Source: Dehalococcoidia bacterium (GTDB taxonomy: Bacteria > Chloroflexota > Dehalococcoidia > Lucifugimonadales > UBA3495). From it: 64,000 bases of DNA. The stretch covers positions 1,565,543-1,629,542 of the forward strand of contig OZ247428.1 of the NCBI GenBank assembly GCA_965232845.1, in the 5' to 3' direction. Below the pieces are notes generated by a model. The model saw only the letters and a list, made by a program, of their open reading frames with translations, was not told where the DNA came from and did not search any database. A program made the position numbers and the translations under genes. Each line of letters begins with the position of its first letter. Positions within the stretch are counted from its first letter, which is position 1. Shown one piece after another: positions 1 through 9,634 of the stretch.

Positions 1-706
1 CCGAAGGCAGCAAATTGCGTCCCACGAGTCGTGACAAGGCGGCAACAAGTCCATAGCCACCCCAGTTGGAGACGCTGGCGAGTACCAGCCGGTCAACCTC
101 GGTTATGGCCGGTTCGTCAGGCAGGCGGTCAACGGGTGGAATGTGTTCCGCAACATTGCCCATTCCTATCTCGTTACCGCCGTCGCCAATGCCCACTGAA
201 GGTATGCCGAACTCAAAAAGGTAATCCAGCCGGGCGGTGTAATCGGTAATGTCGCGGGAAAGCATATTGAGATAGACATCGTCGGCGTTACGCCCGCACC
301 TCTCGATGGAGACGAGCAGGTCAGGGTTCAGGTCCTCTAATAGTTGCTTAGCCGCTTGCCGGCTTGCCTCATCGCCGGCTATTGGAAAGTCGACCACCGC
401 AGCCCGATCGCCCAGCCACTCACTCATCATGTTAGCGCTGTGGCAGTCGGTAACGTAAATTACTTCTCGCCCAAGCTCTTGCAGTGCGTTGCCGATGGCA
501 ATGGCGCCGGGCGGGCCGTCAGTCTCGTGCTGTCCTGCGGTCAGGATGTAGAACCCGGTGATTATCGCAACCCGGCCCGGGTGGTCCAGCAGGTATTGAG
601 CCGCCTGTTCGCAAAAATCAACGGGAACGAAGGGACGCAGCTCGGAAACACCCCTTTTGTCCTCGGAGAGAATAATGTCCTCGATAGTTTCACCGGCGAA
701 ATTCAT
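1..706 (-). CDS. DUF4392-family protein (partner domain of D-glutamate cyclase-like enzymes); C-terminus runs off the window
   Basis: Absent from the ORF track because there is no stop inside the window. My minus-strand translation from ATG 706-704 reads MNFAGETIEDIILSEDKRGVSELRPFVPVDFCEQAAQYLLDHPGRVAIITGFYILTAGQHETDGPPGAIAIGNAL...GIGDGGNEIGMGNV. GAGGAAG Shine-Dalgarno lies 5 nt upstream. It is 62 nt downstream of the DUF1445 gene on the same strand. Confidence 0.6.
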   Translation of the reverse strand, partial: MNFAGETIEDIILSEDKRGVSELRPFVPVDFCEQAAQYLLDHPGRVAIITGFYILTAGQHETDGPPGAIAIGNALQELGREVIYVTDCHSANMMSEWLGDRAAVVDFPIAGDEASRQAAKQLLEDLNPDLLVSIERCGRNADDVYLNMLSRDITDYTARLDYLFEFGIPSVGIGDGGNEIGMGNVAEHIPPVDRLPDEPAITEVDRLVLASVSNWGGYGLVAALSRLVGRNLLPS

Positions 707-768
707 TGCCACTTCCTCGACCAACAGTTTGCCCAGTACGATGCCGCATATGCAGCGACCAAGGGAGA

Positions 769-1563
769 CTATAAGACCGCATAATCGGCGTCGCGCTGCG
801 CCGTCACGAACATGTGGCCCGGCGCGTGGGTGATCATCAGGGGTGGCTTGCAGTTCAAGGCCACAGCCTGGGGCGTGACACCACAGGCCCAAAAAACCGG
901 TTCCTCGCCAGGGCGGATCTCAACGCCATCGCCAAAATCGGGACGGTCTATATTTTCGATGCCAATGACCGACGGGTCGCCTATGTGTACCGGCGCCCCG
1001 TGAGTGGCTGGGAAACGGGAAGTTATCTGTACCGCCCGGACTATCTTGTCATGCCGCACCGGTCTCATGCTTACCACCATGGGACCGGAGAATACGCCGG
1101 CCGAATTGGTAGCTACGTTGGTAATGTACATCGGTACGTTGCAGTTCATCTCCTGATGTCTCAGGGGGATTCCGGCCTCGGACATCGCGGTCTCGAAAGA
1201 AAAACTGCAGCCCAGCAAAAAGGAGACCAGGTCGTCTCGCCAGATTTCTTTCAAAGAGTCAACCTCGCCGGTAAGTTCGCCGTTCTCGTAAACCCGATAG
1301 TAGGGAATGTCGGTCCTGATATCTGCGCCAGGCGCAGTTAGCCTGGGCTCTACCTCTCCGGCCTCGATGACCTCCAATACTGGGCAAGGGCGTGGATTGC
1401 GCTGGCAAAACAGCAAGAAGTCGAAGGCAAGCTGCCTGGGCAATATAGCGAGGTTGGCCTGAACATAGCCTGGGGCAACCCCTGAAGTGACGCCCCTCCA
1501 ATCGCCGGTGCGGATCTTCTTCCAGGCATCCTGTGGGGTTTGGGGGAGAGTCTGGATGGTCAT
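769..1563 (-). CDS. putative hydro-lyase, DUF1445/UPF0317 family (D-glutamate cyclase-like)
   Basis: ORF track 769..1575. Motifs GVAPGYVQANLAILP, FLLFCQRNPRPCPVLEV and MVVSMRP are typical of DUF1445. ATG at 1563 (GGAGG 5 nt upstream) is preferred over TTG at 1575. Confidence 0.75.
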   Translation of the reverse strand: MTIQTLPQTPQDAWKKIRTGDWRGVTSGVAPGYVQANLAILPRQLAFDFLLFCQRNPRPCPVLEVIEAGEVEPRLTAPGADIRTDIPYYRVYENGELTGEVDSLKEIWRDDLVSFLLGCSFSFETAMSEAGIPLRHQEMNCNVPMYITNVATNSAGVFSGPMVVSMRPVRHDKIVRAVQITSRFPATHGAPVHIGDPSVIGIENIDRPDFGDGVEIRPGEEPVFWACGVTPQAVALNCKPPLMITHAPGHMFVTAQRDADYAVL

Positions 1564-1768
1564 TGGCGCCTCCAATAAAGTGGGTTTGAAGGGTTTCTCG
1601 ATTATTGATGCGATTCGAGAAAACAGCGTGAATTGTCCACATAGTAGTATCCGGTTTCCAACATAGTCAATTCGCAGGTTGGCATTGTTCCTGGCCGAAA
1701 CCGTACGTGAGCAACCGTTATTGGGACCATTGCCCAGGAAACGTCCCCGAAATACGAGCTCTAGCGGT

Positions 1769-1797
1769 TTGGTGTGTCGAACAAAATCGAATATACT
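1769..1797 (+). promoter_or_regulatory. sigma70-like promoter candidate (TTGGTG, 17 nt spacer, TATACT) upstream of the response regulator
   Basis: The hexamers were read directly. The candidate lies inside the 5' part of the ORF-track reading frame (1707 start), which supports the internal GTG start at 1839. Confidence 0.3.
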
Positions 1798-1838
1798 ACC
1801 CGCATCGGAATGCTACCCATTCAACACAGGTCCGGTTC

Positions 1839-2513
1839 GTGTACACCATATTCCTACTCGCAACCCACGGCAACGGCTTGCATGGCCTGCTGGAAACAGT
1901 AAGCCGGTCGGGCTTGTCCTGTCTGTTTGGTTCGGAACTCTCACAGGTGGCCGACGCTGCCGGCACGGAACAAACCCGCATGGACGCCGTGATGCTTGAC
2001 GTAGAATCCTTTCGGCCCGCCGAGTGTCAGGAGCTTGTTACAGGTTGCCGTGAGCTAAAGGTCCCCGTGCTGGCGGTGATTCCGGCGGATTCGCTGGAGG
2101 AATACGACCCTGCAATGAATCCGGACGAGTTCATCCTGAGCCCGATGCAGAAGGAAGAACTGCTGGCCAGAATTAAGCAGGCGATCTACCGGGTAAGCGG
2201 CCCAAGTGGCGGGCAGTTGCTCAAAGTGGGCGACCTCGTAATAGACCTGGAACGGTACGACGTAATGATGGCCGGCCGCAGGGTCTCGCTGACCTACAAG
2301 GAGTTTCAACTGCTGGTCATGCTGGCGTCAAACCCGGGCAGGGTGTACAGCCGGGACGTGCTGCTAAGCCAGGTGTGGGGCTACGACTACCTGGGCGGAA
2401 CCCGGACAGTGGACGTTCACGTCAGGAGATTGCGTTCCAAGATAGAAGACCCAGACCATTCCTTCATCGAAACAATATGGAACGTGGGGTACCGATTCAA
2501 GTCCACCGTTTGA
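1839..2513 (+). CDS. OmpR/PhoB-family winged-helix response regulator with a degenerate (atypical) receiver domain
   Basis: ORF track 1707..2513. The C-terminal half LTYKEFQLLVMLASNPGRVYSRDVLLSQVWGYDYLGGTRTVDVHVRRLRSKIE...GYRF is a canonical Trans_reg_C domain. A GTG at 1839 gives a typical ~225 aa product. The start is uncertain. Confidence 0.8.
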   Translation: MYTIFLLATHGNGLHGLLETVSRSGLSCLFGSELSQVADAAGTEQTRMDAVMLDVESFRPAECQELVTGCRELKVPVLAVIPADSLEEYDPAMNPDEFILSPMQKEELLARIKQAIYRVSGPSGGQLLKVGDLVIDLERYDVMMAGRRVSLTYKEFQLLVMLASNPGRVYSRDVLLSQVWGYDYLGGTRTVDVHVRRLRSKIEDPDHSFIETIWNVGYRFKSTV

Positions 2514-2528
2514 TTTTAGCTCCCGCCC

Positions 2529-5036
2529 TTAGGTGAACTCGGCGCTAACCCGCTCCATAAACCGCGCAACCTGCGCCGCTAGAGTGGCATGTTCCTCCAA
2601 GGCCAACTCCGGATCCTTCTCAATGATCTCCATAGCCTCGTTCCGCGCCATGTCCAGCAGGTCTCTGTCCGATAGCTGGGCCATCCGGAGGCTGGGCAGA
2701 CCGCTCTGGCGGGTGCCGAAGAAGTCGCCAGGACCCCGCATTTCCAGGTCAACCTCGGCCAACTGAAAGCCATCCCGGGTACGTTCCAGCGCCGCCAATC
2801 GCTCCTGGGCCAGTTGGGACGGGTTTTCCGACATGAGAATGCAGTAGCTCTTGTGCTCGCCCCGGCCCACCCGGCCACGGAACTGGTGCAACTGGGAGAG
2901 GCCGAACCGGTCGGCGCCTTCGATAAGCATTACAGTCGCATTGGGCACATCAATACCCACCTCGACCACCGCCGTAGTCACCAGGATGTCCGTTTCACCG
3001 TCTCGGAAACGCCGCATCACCTTGTCTTTCTCCGCTGAGGACATCCGCCCGTGGAGGAGGCCCAGTTTCAGGTCGGGGAACACTTCCTTCGACAACCTTT
3101 GATGCTCGTCAGCCGCTGCCTTTGCTTCGATGACCTCCGATTCTTCTATCAGGGGGCACACTATGAATGCCTGTCGTCCCGCCTGGATTTCACGCCTGAT
3201 GAAGCCATAGGCAGCCTCTCTTCGTTCCGGCTCTAAGTATCGTGTCAGGATTTCCTGGCGTCCTGGAGGAAGTTCGTCAATCGTGGAAATGTCGAGGTCG
3301 CCGTAGAATGTCAACTGCAAGGTCCGGGGTATTGGCGTCGCCGACATGACTAGGGTGTGCGGATTTTCGTCGCTCTTCTGGCGCAGCGCCGACCGCTGCA
3401 TCACACCGAACCGGTGCTGCTCATCCATCACCGCCAGGGCCAGTCGCGGAATTTCTACACCTTCCTGGATCAAGGCATGAGTACCGATAAGCAGATCAAG
3501 GGTTCCTTCGGAGGCCATGCCCGTCAACCGCCTGCGCGGTCTGGCCCGAGTGCTCCCAGTTAGCAGTCCTACCGTCAATGGCCGCCCCAACGCTTCCAGG
3601 TAGACGGTAAGCAAATTCTCGGCCTGGGTGGTGTCTGCCATGCCTCCCAGCAGCCTGGCCACCGTCTGGAAGTGCTGTTCAGCCAGAACCTCAGTCGGCA
3701 CCATGATGGAACCCTGGTACCCGCGGGCTATGGCCGCCAGCAGGGTGATAAGCACTACCACCGTCTTCCCGCTGCCCACTTCCCCTTGCAGCAAACGGTT
3801 CATGGGGGGAGTGCCCTGACCCAGATCGGCCAGAATTTCTTCAATGCTGCGGCGCTGGGCCCCGGTAAGCTCAAAGGGCAGGTTGGATATCAGCCCGTCG
3901 ACCAACTCTGAGCCTCCTGAAATGGTGACACCCTCAATCAGTTGGTTTTCCTTTTGCCGGCGGGACAACACCGACAGTTGGAGAGTCAACAGTTCGTCGA
4001 AGGCCAGGCGGCGGCGGGCCTGATCCCGGTTGGCCTGGCTGGCAGGGAAATGGGCCTGTCTAATGGCCTCCCTCAATGAGATAAGACCTCGACGCTTTCG
4101 TACTGCTTCAGGGAGTGATTCCGATAATAGTGGCAACCCCAACTGAAGCGCTTGCCAGGTAAGGTTGCGAAGAGTCCGACCGGTCAACCCTTGGGTCAAA
4201 GGGTAAACCGGCAAGAGGCGTCCGGTATGAATCGATGGCTGGCCGCCTCGCAGAACTTCATACTCGGGTGATTCGAACACTAACCGGCCGTTGAAGACGT
4301 CAACCTTGCCGCTTATAGCCACCCTAGTACCTGCAGGAAGGGTCCGAGCAAGGTATCCTTGTCCAAACCAGCTAACCTTCACGCTGCCCGTCTCGTCGGC
4401 CAACTGGGCTTCCGTTATCCTGAGCTGGCGGTTTCGCCCTTTTCGCTCTTCACGAATCTCCAGGATGTTCCCCTCTACAGTCCTTTCTTGACCGTATTGC
4501 AATTCCGCAACCTTGACGACAGCGGAGTAATCCAGATGACGTCTAGGGAAGAGGTAGAGAAGATCCCTGAGAGTGGTAACGTCGAGCCTTCCCAATTGAG
4601 CTACCCGCTTGGAATCGACCCGTTGCAGAGCGGTAACCGGCGAATCAAGGCTGAGGGGCGAGGGATCTAATTCGGGAGTGCTGCGCTGGCGGGAGGTCTT
4701 CTTGGGGCGGGTAGCATTGGCCTTGCCGGTCTTCTCGGTCTGGGAGTCCGTGCTCTTGGTTGCAGCAGAAGCGTCATTGCCTTCCAGCATCGCAAGCCAC
4801 TGGCTTGCCCACTCCGCCCTTTCCTCGGAGCTCATGGAGGCATAGCCCGGCCGGATAAGGTGGCGATTGGCTGGAAGCTTGCTAACGAACGAGGCTAAAG
4901 ACGAGGACCACAGGCGTACGAATCCATCCATTCCCCCGATTACAGCCTTGTCGTTGTAGCCGTTAGCACGTTCCAATTCAAGGATGTTCCGGAACGGCTG
5001 CATCCAGGCTTCCGATTGCTGGCGAGAGGAAGTCAT
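2529..5036 (-). CDS. recG: ATP-dependent DNA helicase RecG (with ~150 aa N-terminal extension)
   Basis: 835 aa. Walker A is GEVGSGKT and the DEAH box is MDEQHRFG. Also has the wedge/OB region and the C-terminal TRG motif region RGPGDFFGTRQSG. Confidence 0.93.
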   Translation of the reverse strand: MTSSRQQSEAWMQPFRNILELERANGYNDKAVIGGMDGFVRLWSSSLASFVSKLPANRHLIRPGYASMSSEERAEWASQWLAMLEGNDASAATKSTDSQTEKTGKANATRPKKTSRQRSTPELDPSPLSLDSPVTALQRVDSKRVAQLGRLDVTTLRDLLYLFPRRHLDYSAVVKVAELQYGQERTVEGNILEIREERKGRNRQLRITEAQLADETGSVKVSWFGQGYLARTLPAGTRVAISGKVDVFNGRLVFESPEYEVLRGGQPSIHTGRLLPVYPLTQGLTGRTLRNLTWQALQLGLPLLSESLPEAVRKRRGLISLREAIRQAHFPASQANRDQARRRLAFDELLTLQLSVLSRRQKENQLIEGVTISGGSELVDGLISNLPFELTGAQRRSIEEILADLGQGTPPMNRLLQGEVGSGKTVVVLITLLAAIARGYQGSIMVPTEVLAEQHFQTVARLLGGMADTTQAENLLTVYLEALGRPLTVGLLTGSTRARPRRRLTGMASEGTLDLLIGTHALIQEGVEIPRLALAVMDEQHRFGVMQRSALRQKSDENPHTLVMSATPIPRTLQLTFYGDLDISTIDELPPGRQEILTRYLEPERREAAYGFIRREIQAGRQAFIVCPLIEESEVIEAKAAADEHQRLSKEVFPDLKLGLLHGRMSSAEKDKVMRRFRDGETDILVTTAVVEVGIDVPNATVMLIEGADRFGLSQLHQFRGRVGRGEHKSYCILMSENPSQLAQERLAALERTRDGFQLAEVDLEMRGPGDFFGTRQSGLPSLRMAQLSDRDLLDMARNEAMEIIEKDPELALEEHATLAAQVARFMERVSAEFT

Positions 5037-5113
5037 CGGCTCTTTATCCGACGGACCGCAAAAAATTCAGCTCGTGCTGGCCCATGGGAAATATGGTGTG
5101 GGCTGGAACGCCG

Positions 5114-5953
5114 CTACTCAGCAACCGTTAGCGCCACGCCGACAGCCCGCGGGCCAACGTAGGTACCCAGGGCGGGGCCGAACCGGGCGGTCACGATTTC
5201 CTCTTCGGGCAGCAAATCACTCAGGCTGCTGCGAATCTCGGTTGCCCATTCCTGCTCCGTACTGTAGATCACGCCCAGGCGGACGGGCCGGCCCTTTTCG
5301 CGGGTCAACTCGATCAGGCGACGCATGGCTCGCTGGTGATTGCGAGGCCGTTCAAGGGGATGCACTTCACCGTCAACCAGGGTCAGGATGGGCTTAACGC
5401 TCAGTAGGGAACCCACGAAGGCCTGCGCCTTTCCTACTCGGCCACCCTTTTGCAGGTATTCCAGGGTATCCAATGCAAAAACGGCGGTAGTCCGGGACAA
5501 ATCCCGTCGCACCTCGTCGGCAACTTCCCGGTGCGAGCTTGACTGCCGGGCAGCGTCAACTGCGCCCAGCACCTTCAGCGTAACCGCTATTGAAGCGCTG
5601 TGGGAATCGACGATTTCGATGGGGACGGAGTCTCCCAAACTTGCCTTTGCCTGCTCGGCCGAGTTGACGGTGCCGCTCAGCTTGCCGGAAACATGGATGG
5701 AGACAATCTCGTCGCCCTGTTCCAATATCTCCTGGTAAGCAGCCTGGAAGGTGCCGACGGAAGGCTGGGAAGTAGTGGGCAGGCGGGGGCCGGCAACGAG
5801 GCGCTGGTAAAATTCGTCAGCGGTCAGGTCAATGCCATCCCGATAGGTGACATCGTCAATCACCACGTTGGCTGGCACTACGGTTACGCCAAGTTGCTCA
5901 GCCAGGGCAGGGGGCAAATCAGAAGTGCTGTCAGTTACTATTCGTATTGCCAT
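5114..5953 (-). CDS. DegV-family fatty-acid-binding protein
   Basis: 279 aa. MAIRIVTDSTSDLP...PTTSQPS... is a typical DegV signature. It sits directly downstream of the DAK2/YloV gene. Confidence 0.88.
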   Translation of the reverse strand: MAIRIVTDSTSDLPPALAEQLGVTVVPANVVIDDVTYRDGIDLTADEFYQRLVAGPRLPTTSQPSVGTFQAAYQEILEQGDEIVSIHVSGKLSGTVNSAEQAKASLGDSVPIEIVDSHSASIAVTLKVLGAVDAARQSSSHREVADEVRRDLSRTTAVFALDTLEYLQKGGRVGKAQAFVGSLLSVKPILTLVDGEVHPLERPRNHQRAMRRLIELTREKGRPVRLGVIYSTEQEWATEIRSSLSDLLPEEEIVTARFGPALGTYVGPRAVGVALTVAE

Positions 5954-5957
5954 TTAG

Positions 5958-7616
5958 CTACTCCACGGAAGCAAAGTAGGGATAATGGGGCTGCCCGCCA
6001 AATACCAGGTCAACCTGGATTCCCGGGGTCTGCTCCTCAATCTTTTCGGCCACCGCCTGGGTGGTCTCCTCGTCGGTGTCGGCGCCCCAATACACCGTCA
6101 CGATGTGGTCGTCTGAAAGGCCAACCCCGGCCAACGTCGACAACAAGGCAGCTTCTGCTGAATCCTCCAGAATAGACAGTTTGCCTTCAACCAGGCCCAT
6201 GTAGTCGCCTTCGGACACCGGAGTACCTTCGACGGTGGTGTCGCGAATAGCCCGGGTTACTTCGATGGAAACCACGGCAGCCACCGCATCATTCATGGCC
6301 TGAAGGTTCTGCTCCGCCGTGACCTGGGGATTGAAAGCCAGGGCGGCGGCAATGCCCTGGGATACAGTGGAGGTAGGGATTACGTGGAGGTTCTGAGTTT
6401 CGTTTTCTCGCTCCGTTGCCTGGACAGCAGTAATGGCGACGTTCTTGTTGTTGGGCAGGAGAATGACGTCCTCTCCCCCAGAAGATTCCGCAGCGTTAAT
6501 CAACTGGGCAACGCTGGGATTCATTGTCTGGCCACCACTGACCACTGAAGCGTTGGCAGTCTCGCGGAAAAGCTGCGCCAAGCCTTCTCCAGGCGCGACG
6601 GCCACCAAGGCAATGCCGGACTTGGGAGCATTCCTTCCCTGGTGACCCGAAGCCCAGTCCTGGTTCTGGAGGCTCATGTTGTCAATCTTTATCTGGTCCA
6701 GTTCACCGAGGGATACGCCATAGGTGAGGGCGGCTCCAGGGTTTTCCACATGGACATGCACCTTGATGAACCGGTCATCTCCGATAATGACCAGGGACTC
6801 GGCAGTCTGCGCCAAGTCTGCCCGTACCTGCTCTATGTCCAGGTTTTCGCCCTGGATCATAAACTGGGTGCAGTAGCCCCATTCGGACTCGACGGAGGAG
6901 TCCAGAAAGTCGCTTTCGACTGAAACGGAGGAAAGCTGGGAAGGATCAATCTGGCCTGTGGAGGTCGCCAGACCCAGGTCGGCATCTTCAACATCTTCGC
7001 CGGTAAGGTGCAGGTAGGCGCCACCCAGTATTACTACAATTCCCATACCTCCTGCATCGACAACCCCGGCTTCAGCCAGCTTGGGAAGCAAAGAGGGAGT
7101 GGAGTCCAGGGCTTCTCGGGATGCCTTGTAACCCGTTTCCCAGAACTCTAAAACGTCCCCGCCGCCACCTTCCGTCTCCAGGTTCGATTCCAGAGCCTCG
7201 GCCACACAGCGAATAACCGTCAGCATGGTGCCTTCGACGGGATTACCAACGGACTTATAGGCAGCCTCGGTGGCCCAGCGGAAAGCCTGAGCCAGTTCGC
7301 CGCTGCCGCATACTTCCTTGCCTTCCAGGCCCTGCGCTATGCCCTTGAAGAACTGGGACAGGATGACACCACTGTTTCCCCGCGCTTCCCAGAAGGTGCC
7401 GTCAGCTATCTGGGCGGAAACTTCGCCGACAGTAGCCCCTTCAGAAACGGAAAGTTTGTCGACGCCGGCCCTCATAGTCAGCATCATATTGGTGCCGGTG
7501 TCCCCGTCGGGCACCGGATAGACGTTCAACGCATTGAGAGGGTCCCGGTACCGCTGCAACCAATTGAAGCCGGCGGTGAGAGCCCCGGCCAACTCACTTC
7601 CACTAAGCACCTGCAT
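5958..7616 (-). CDS. yloV: DAK2-domain fusion protein YloV
   Basis: 552 aa. The N-terminal DAK2 motif is LNVYPVPDGDTGTNM. It is part of the conserved yloV-degV-recG arrangement. Confidence 0.85.
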   Translation of the reverse strand: MQVLSGSELAGALTAGFNWLQRYRDPLNALNVYPVPDGDTGTNMMLTMRAGVDKLSVSEGATVGEVSAQIADGTFWEARGNSGVILSQFFKGIAQGLEGKEVCGSGELAQAFRWATEAAYKSVGNPVEGTMLTVIRCVAEALESNLETEGGGGDVLEFWETGYKASREALDSTPSLLPKLAEAGVVDAGGMGIVVILGGAYLHLTGEDVEDADLGLATSTGQIDPSQLSSVSVESDFLDSSVESEWGYCTQFMIQGENLDIEQVRADLAQTAESLVIIGDDRFIKVHVHVENPGAALTYGVSLGELDQIKIDNMSLQNQDWASGHQGRNAPKSGIALVAVAPGEGLAQLFRETANASVVSGGQTMNPSVAQLINAAESSGGEDVILLPNNKNVAITAVQATERENETQNLHVIPTSTVSQGIAAALAFNPQVTAEQNLQAMNDAVAAVVSIEVTRAIRDTTVEGTPVSEGDYMGLVEGKLSILEDSAEAALLSTLAGVGLSDDHIVTVYWGADTDEETTQAVAEKIEEQTPGIQVDLVFGGQPHYPYFASVE

Positions 7617-7937
7617 ATTCGGCCGCCATTTACAAGTTACGCTCCATTAGTGATTCATTATATCGGCACACAGACTAATTTCAACTTGGAAAGGGTGCGG
7701 CAGTACCGAGTTTTTCGAGGTATGCCCGAAGCCTACATGAAACTAATGCCCTCGCTGAAGTATTGCTGGGTTACCGGTGGGGAGTCCCGAGCATTTCAAA
7801 TTACGTTATTCGCTTTCGTGACAGTCTTTCGTGACAGGGCGGAAGAACTTCCATGTCCTCCGGATTCCGTTTCTTGACGGTGTCCCGGCCCTAGCCTAGA
7901 ATGAGCCAACAACGCTAATTTCACCCAATCTTAACGG

Positions 7938-9065
7938 TTGCCGCCAAAGCTGGCCCCGCTTCGACTTGGCGCATCCCGGGTAAGGGTATTGACGGATTCC
8001 GACGGCAATCAGAAACATTATTCGGACTCCTCCGATCGAATCATCTCCGGCAACTCCCAGCCGGACGACGAGAATACGGACGTTTCACTGCGCCCCCGAA
8101 GGCTGGGAGAATTCGTAGGTCAGGCCCCGGTTAAAGACAACCTTGCCATCGGCATCCAGGCCGCCAAGATTCGGGGAGAGTCTTTAGACCATATCATCCT
8201 CTACGGCCCCCCTGGGCTGGGCAAGACCACCCTGGCCCACATTATCGCCAACGAGATGGAGGTTAACATCAAAGTAACCTCCGGTCCGGCCATTGAACGT
8301 GCCGGCGATATGGCGGCCATCCTGACATCTCTCCAGCCCCACGACATCCTTTTCATCGATGAGATTCACCGGTTGCACCGAGTCGTCGAAGAGGTGATGT
8401 ATTCCGCAATGGAGGACTTTTTCCTTTCGTGGATGGTGGGCAAAGGGCTGGCGGCACGGAACATTAACCTCCGGATCAATCCCTTTACCCTCATCGGGGC
8501 CACAACCCGTTTTTCCTTGATCAGCGCGCCGCTGCGGGACCGGTTCGGTTCCGTATTCAGGCTGGACTACTACGAACAGGCGGATATGGAAGTGGTAGTG
8601 AAGCGGTCGGCGGGAATACTTGGAGTAACCACGGATAAGGATGGCGTGTCCGAGGTGGCGGCACGTTCCAGGGGTACGCCCCGAATCGCCAACCGCTTGC
8701 TGAAACGGACTCGCGATTATGCGCTGGTGGTGGCCGACGACGAAATAACGGGCCAGGTGGCGCGCGAAGCACTGAACCGGTTGCGAGTAGACGGGCTGGG
8801 GCTGGATGAGACTGACCACCGCCTGCTGGTCAACATCATAGACAAGTTCAGTGGCGGCCCCGTGGGGCTGGAAACCCTGGCTGCGTCGCTGAGCGAGGAT
8901 TCTGACACGGTGATGGAAGTCTGGGAGCCATACCTGATGCAATTGGGTTTCCTGGAACGCACACCCCGGGGAAGAATCACCACCAGGCGAGCTTACGAAC
9001 ACTTGGGCCGAAAACTGCCCGGTTCCCTGGATGATACTGACCAGGGGCGATTCACGGGATTCTAA
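7938..9065 (+). CDS. ruvB: Holliday junction branch migration helicase RuvB
   Basis: [12 protein letters not shown], Walker [10 protein letters not shown] and Walker B FIDEIHRL. The start is uncertain: TTG at 7938 from the ORF track, or an alternative TTG at 7989. Confidence 0.93.
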   Translation: MPPKLAPLRLGASRVRVLTDSDGNQKHYSDSSDRIISGNSQPDDENTDVSLRPRRLGEFVGQAPVKDNLAIGIQAAKIRGESLDHIILYGPPGLGKTTLAHIIANEMEVNIKVTSGPAIERAGDMAAILTSLQPHDILFIDEIHRLHRVVEEVMYSAMEDFFLSWMVGKGLAARNINLRINPFTLIGATTRFSLISAPLRDRFGSVFRLDYYEQADMEVVVKRSAGILGVTTDKDGVSEVAARSRGTPRIANRLLKRTRDYALVVADDEITGQVAREALNRLRVDGLGLDETDHRLLVNIIDKFSGGPVGLETLAASLSEDSDTVMEVWEPYLMQLGFLERTPRGRITTRRAYEHLGRKLPGSLDDTDQGRFTGF

Positions 9066-9158
9066 CTTGAATCCAATTTCTTCCTCGTCAAACGTACGCC
9101 CTTAAATGCCGATAAGTAATATGGCTCCAAAACCAACCTTCAATACAGAGGAGAAACG

Positions 9159-9482
9159 ATGATTTACGAACTGCGAATTTACGATACCCTTCCCGGACGT
9201 CTTCCCGCCCTGAACGAACGCTTCGCCGACCACACCGTGGGGTTCTTCAAAAAGCACAACATCAATGTGGTCGGATTCTGGACCGAGGACATCGGAACCA
9301 GCAACCGTCTGGTCTATATGCTGGGCTACGACAGCCTGGCCGACCGCGAAGCAAAGTGGAGCGCTTTCCAAGCCGATCCCGGCTGGCACAAGGTCAGGGC
9401 GGAATCGGAAGTGGATGGACCCATTAATGCGCTGGTCCGTAACATGATTCTGCGGCCCACTGACTACTCCCCGATGCAGTAG
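9159..9482 (+). CDS. NIPSNAP-family protein
   Basis: 107 aa beginning MIYELRIYDTLPGRLPALNERF..., typical of a NIPSNAP dimeric alpha-beta barrel. GAGGAGA Shine-Dalgarno upstream. Confidence 0.8.
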   Translation: MIYELRIYDTLPGRLPALNERFADHTVGFFKKHNINVVGFWTEDIGTSNRLVYMLGYDSLADREAKWSAFQADPGWHKVRAESEVDGPINALVRNMILRPTDYSPMQ

Positions 9483-9634
9483 TCGCTGGCGGCGGAGTGC
9501 CGACCGCCAAGTGCTGAGTCTGGCTGGACATGCTTTGACATCCCTGGCCATTGAATGAAGCGGTTGCTAGGGACACTGGCAACCGCTAGAATTAGCTTTC
9601 TATTTAAAGCCCACCTTCCTTCGGCGGTTCGCGA

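Noticed and set aside
344-784. A 146-aa plus-strand ORF at the window start.
   Set aside because: The opposite strand encodes a DUF4392-type protein with a good Shine-Dalgarno and conserved motifs. The plus-strand product has no recognisable features.
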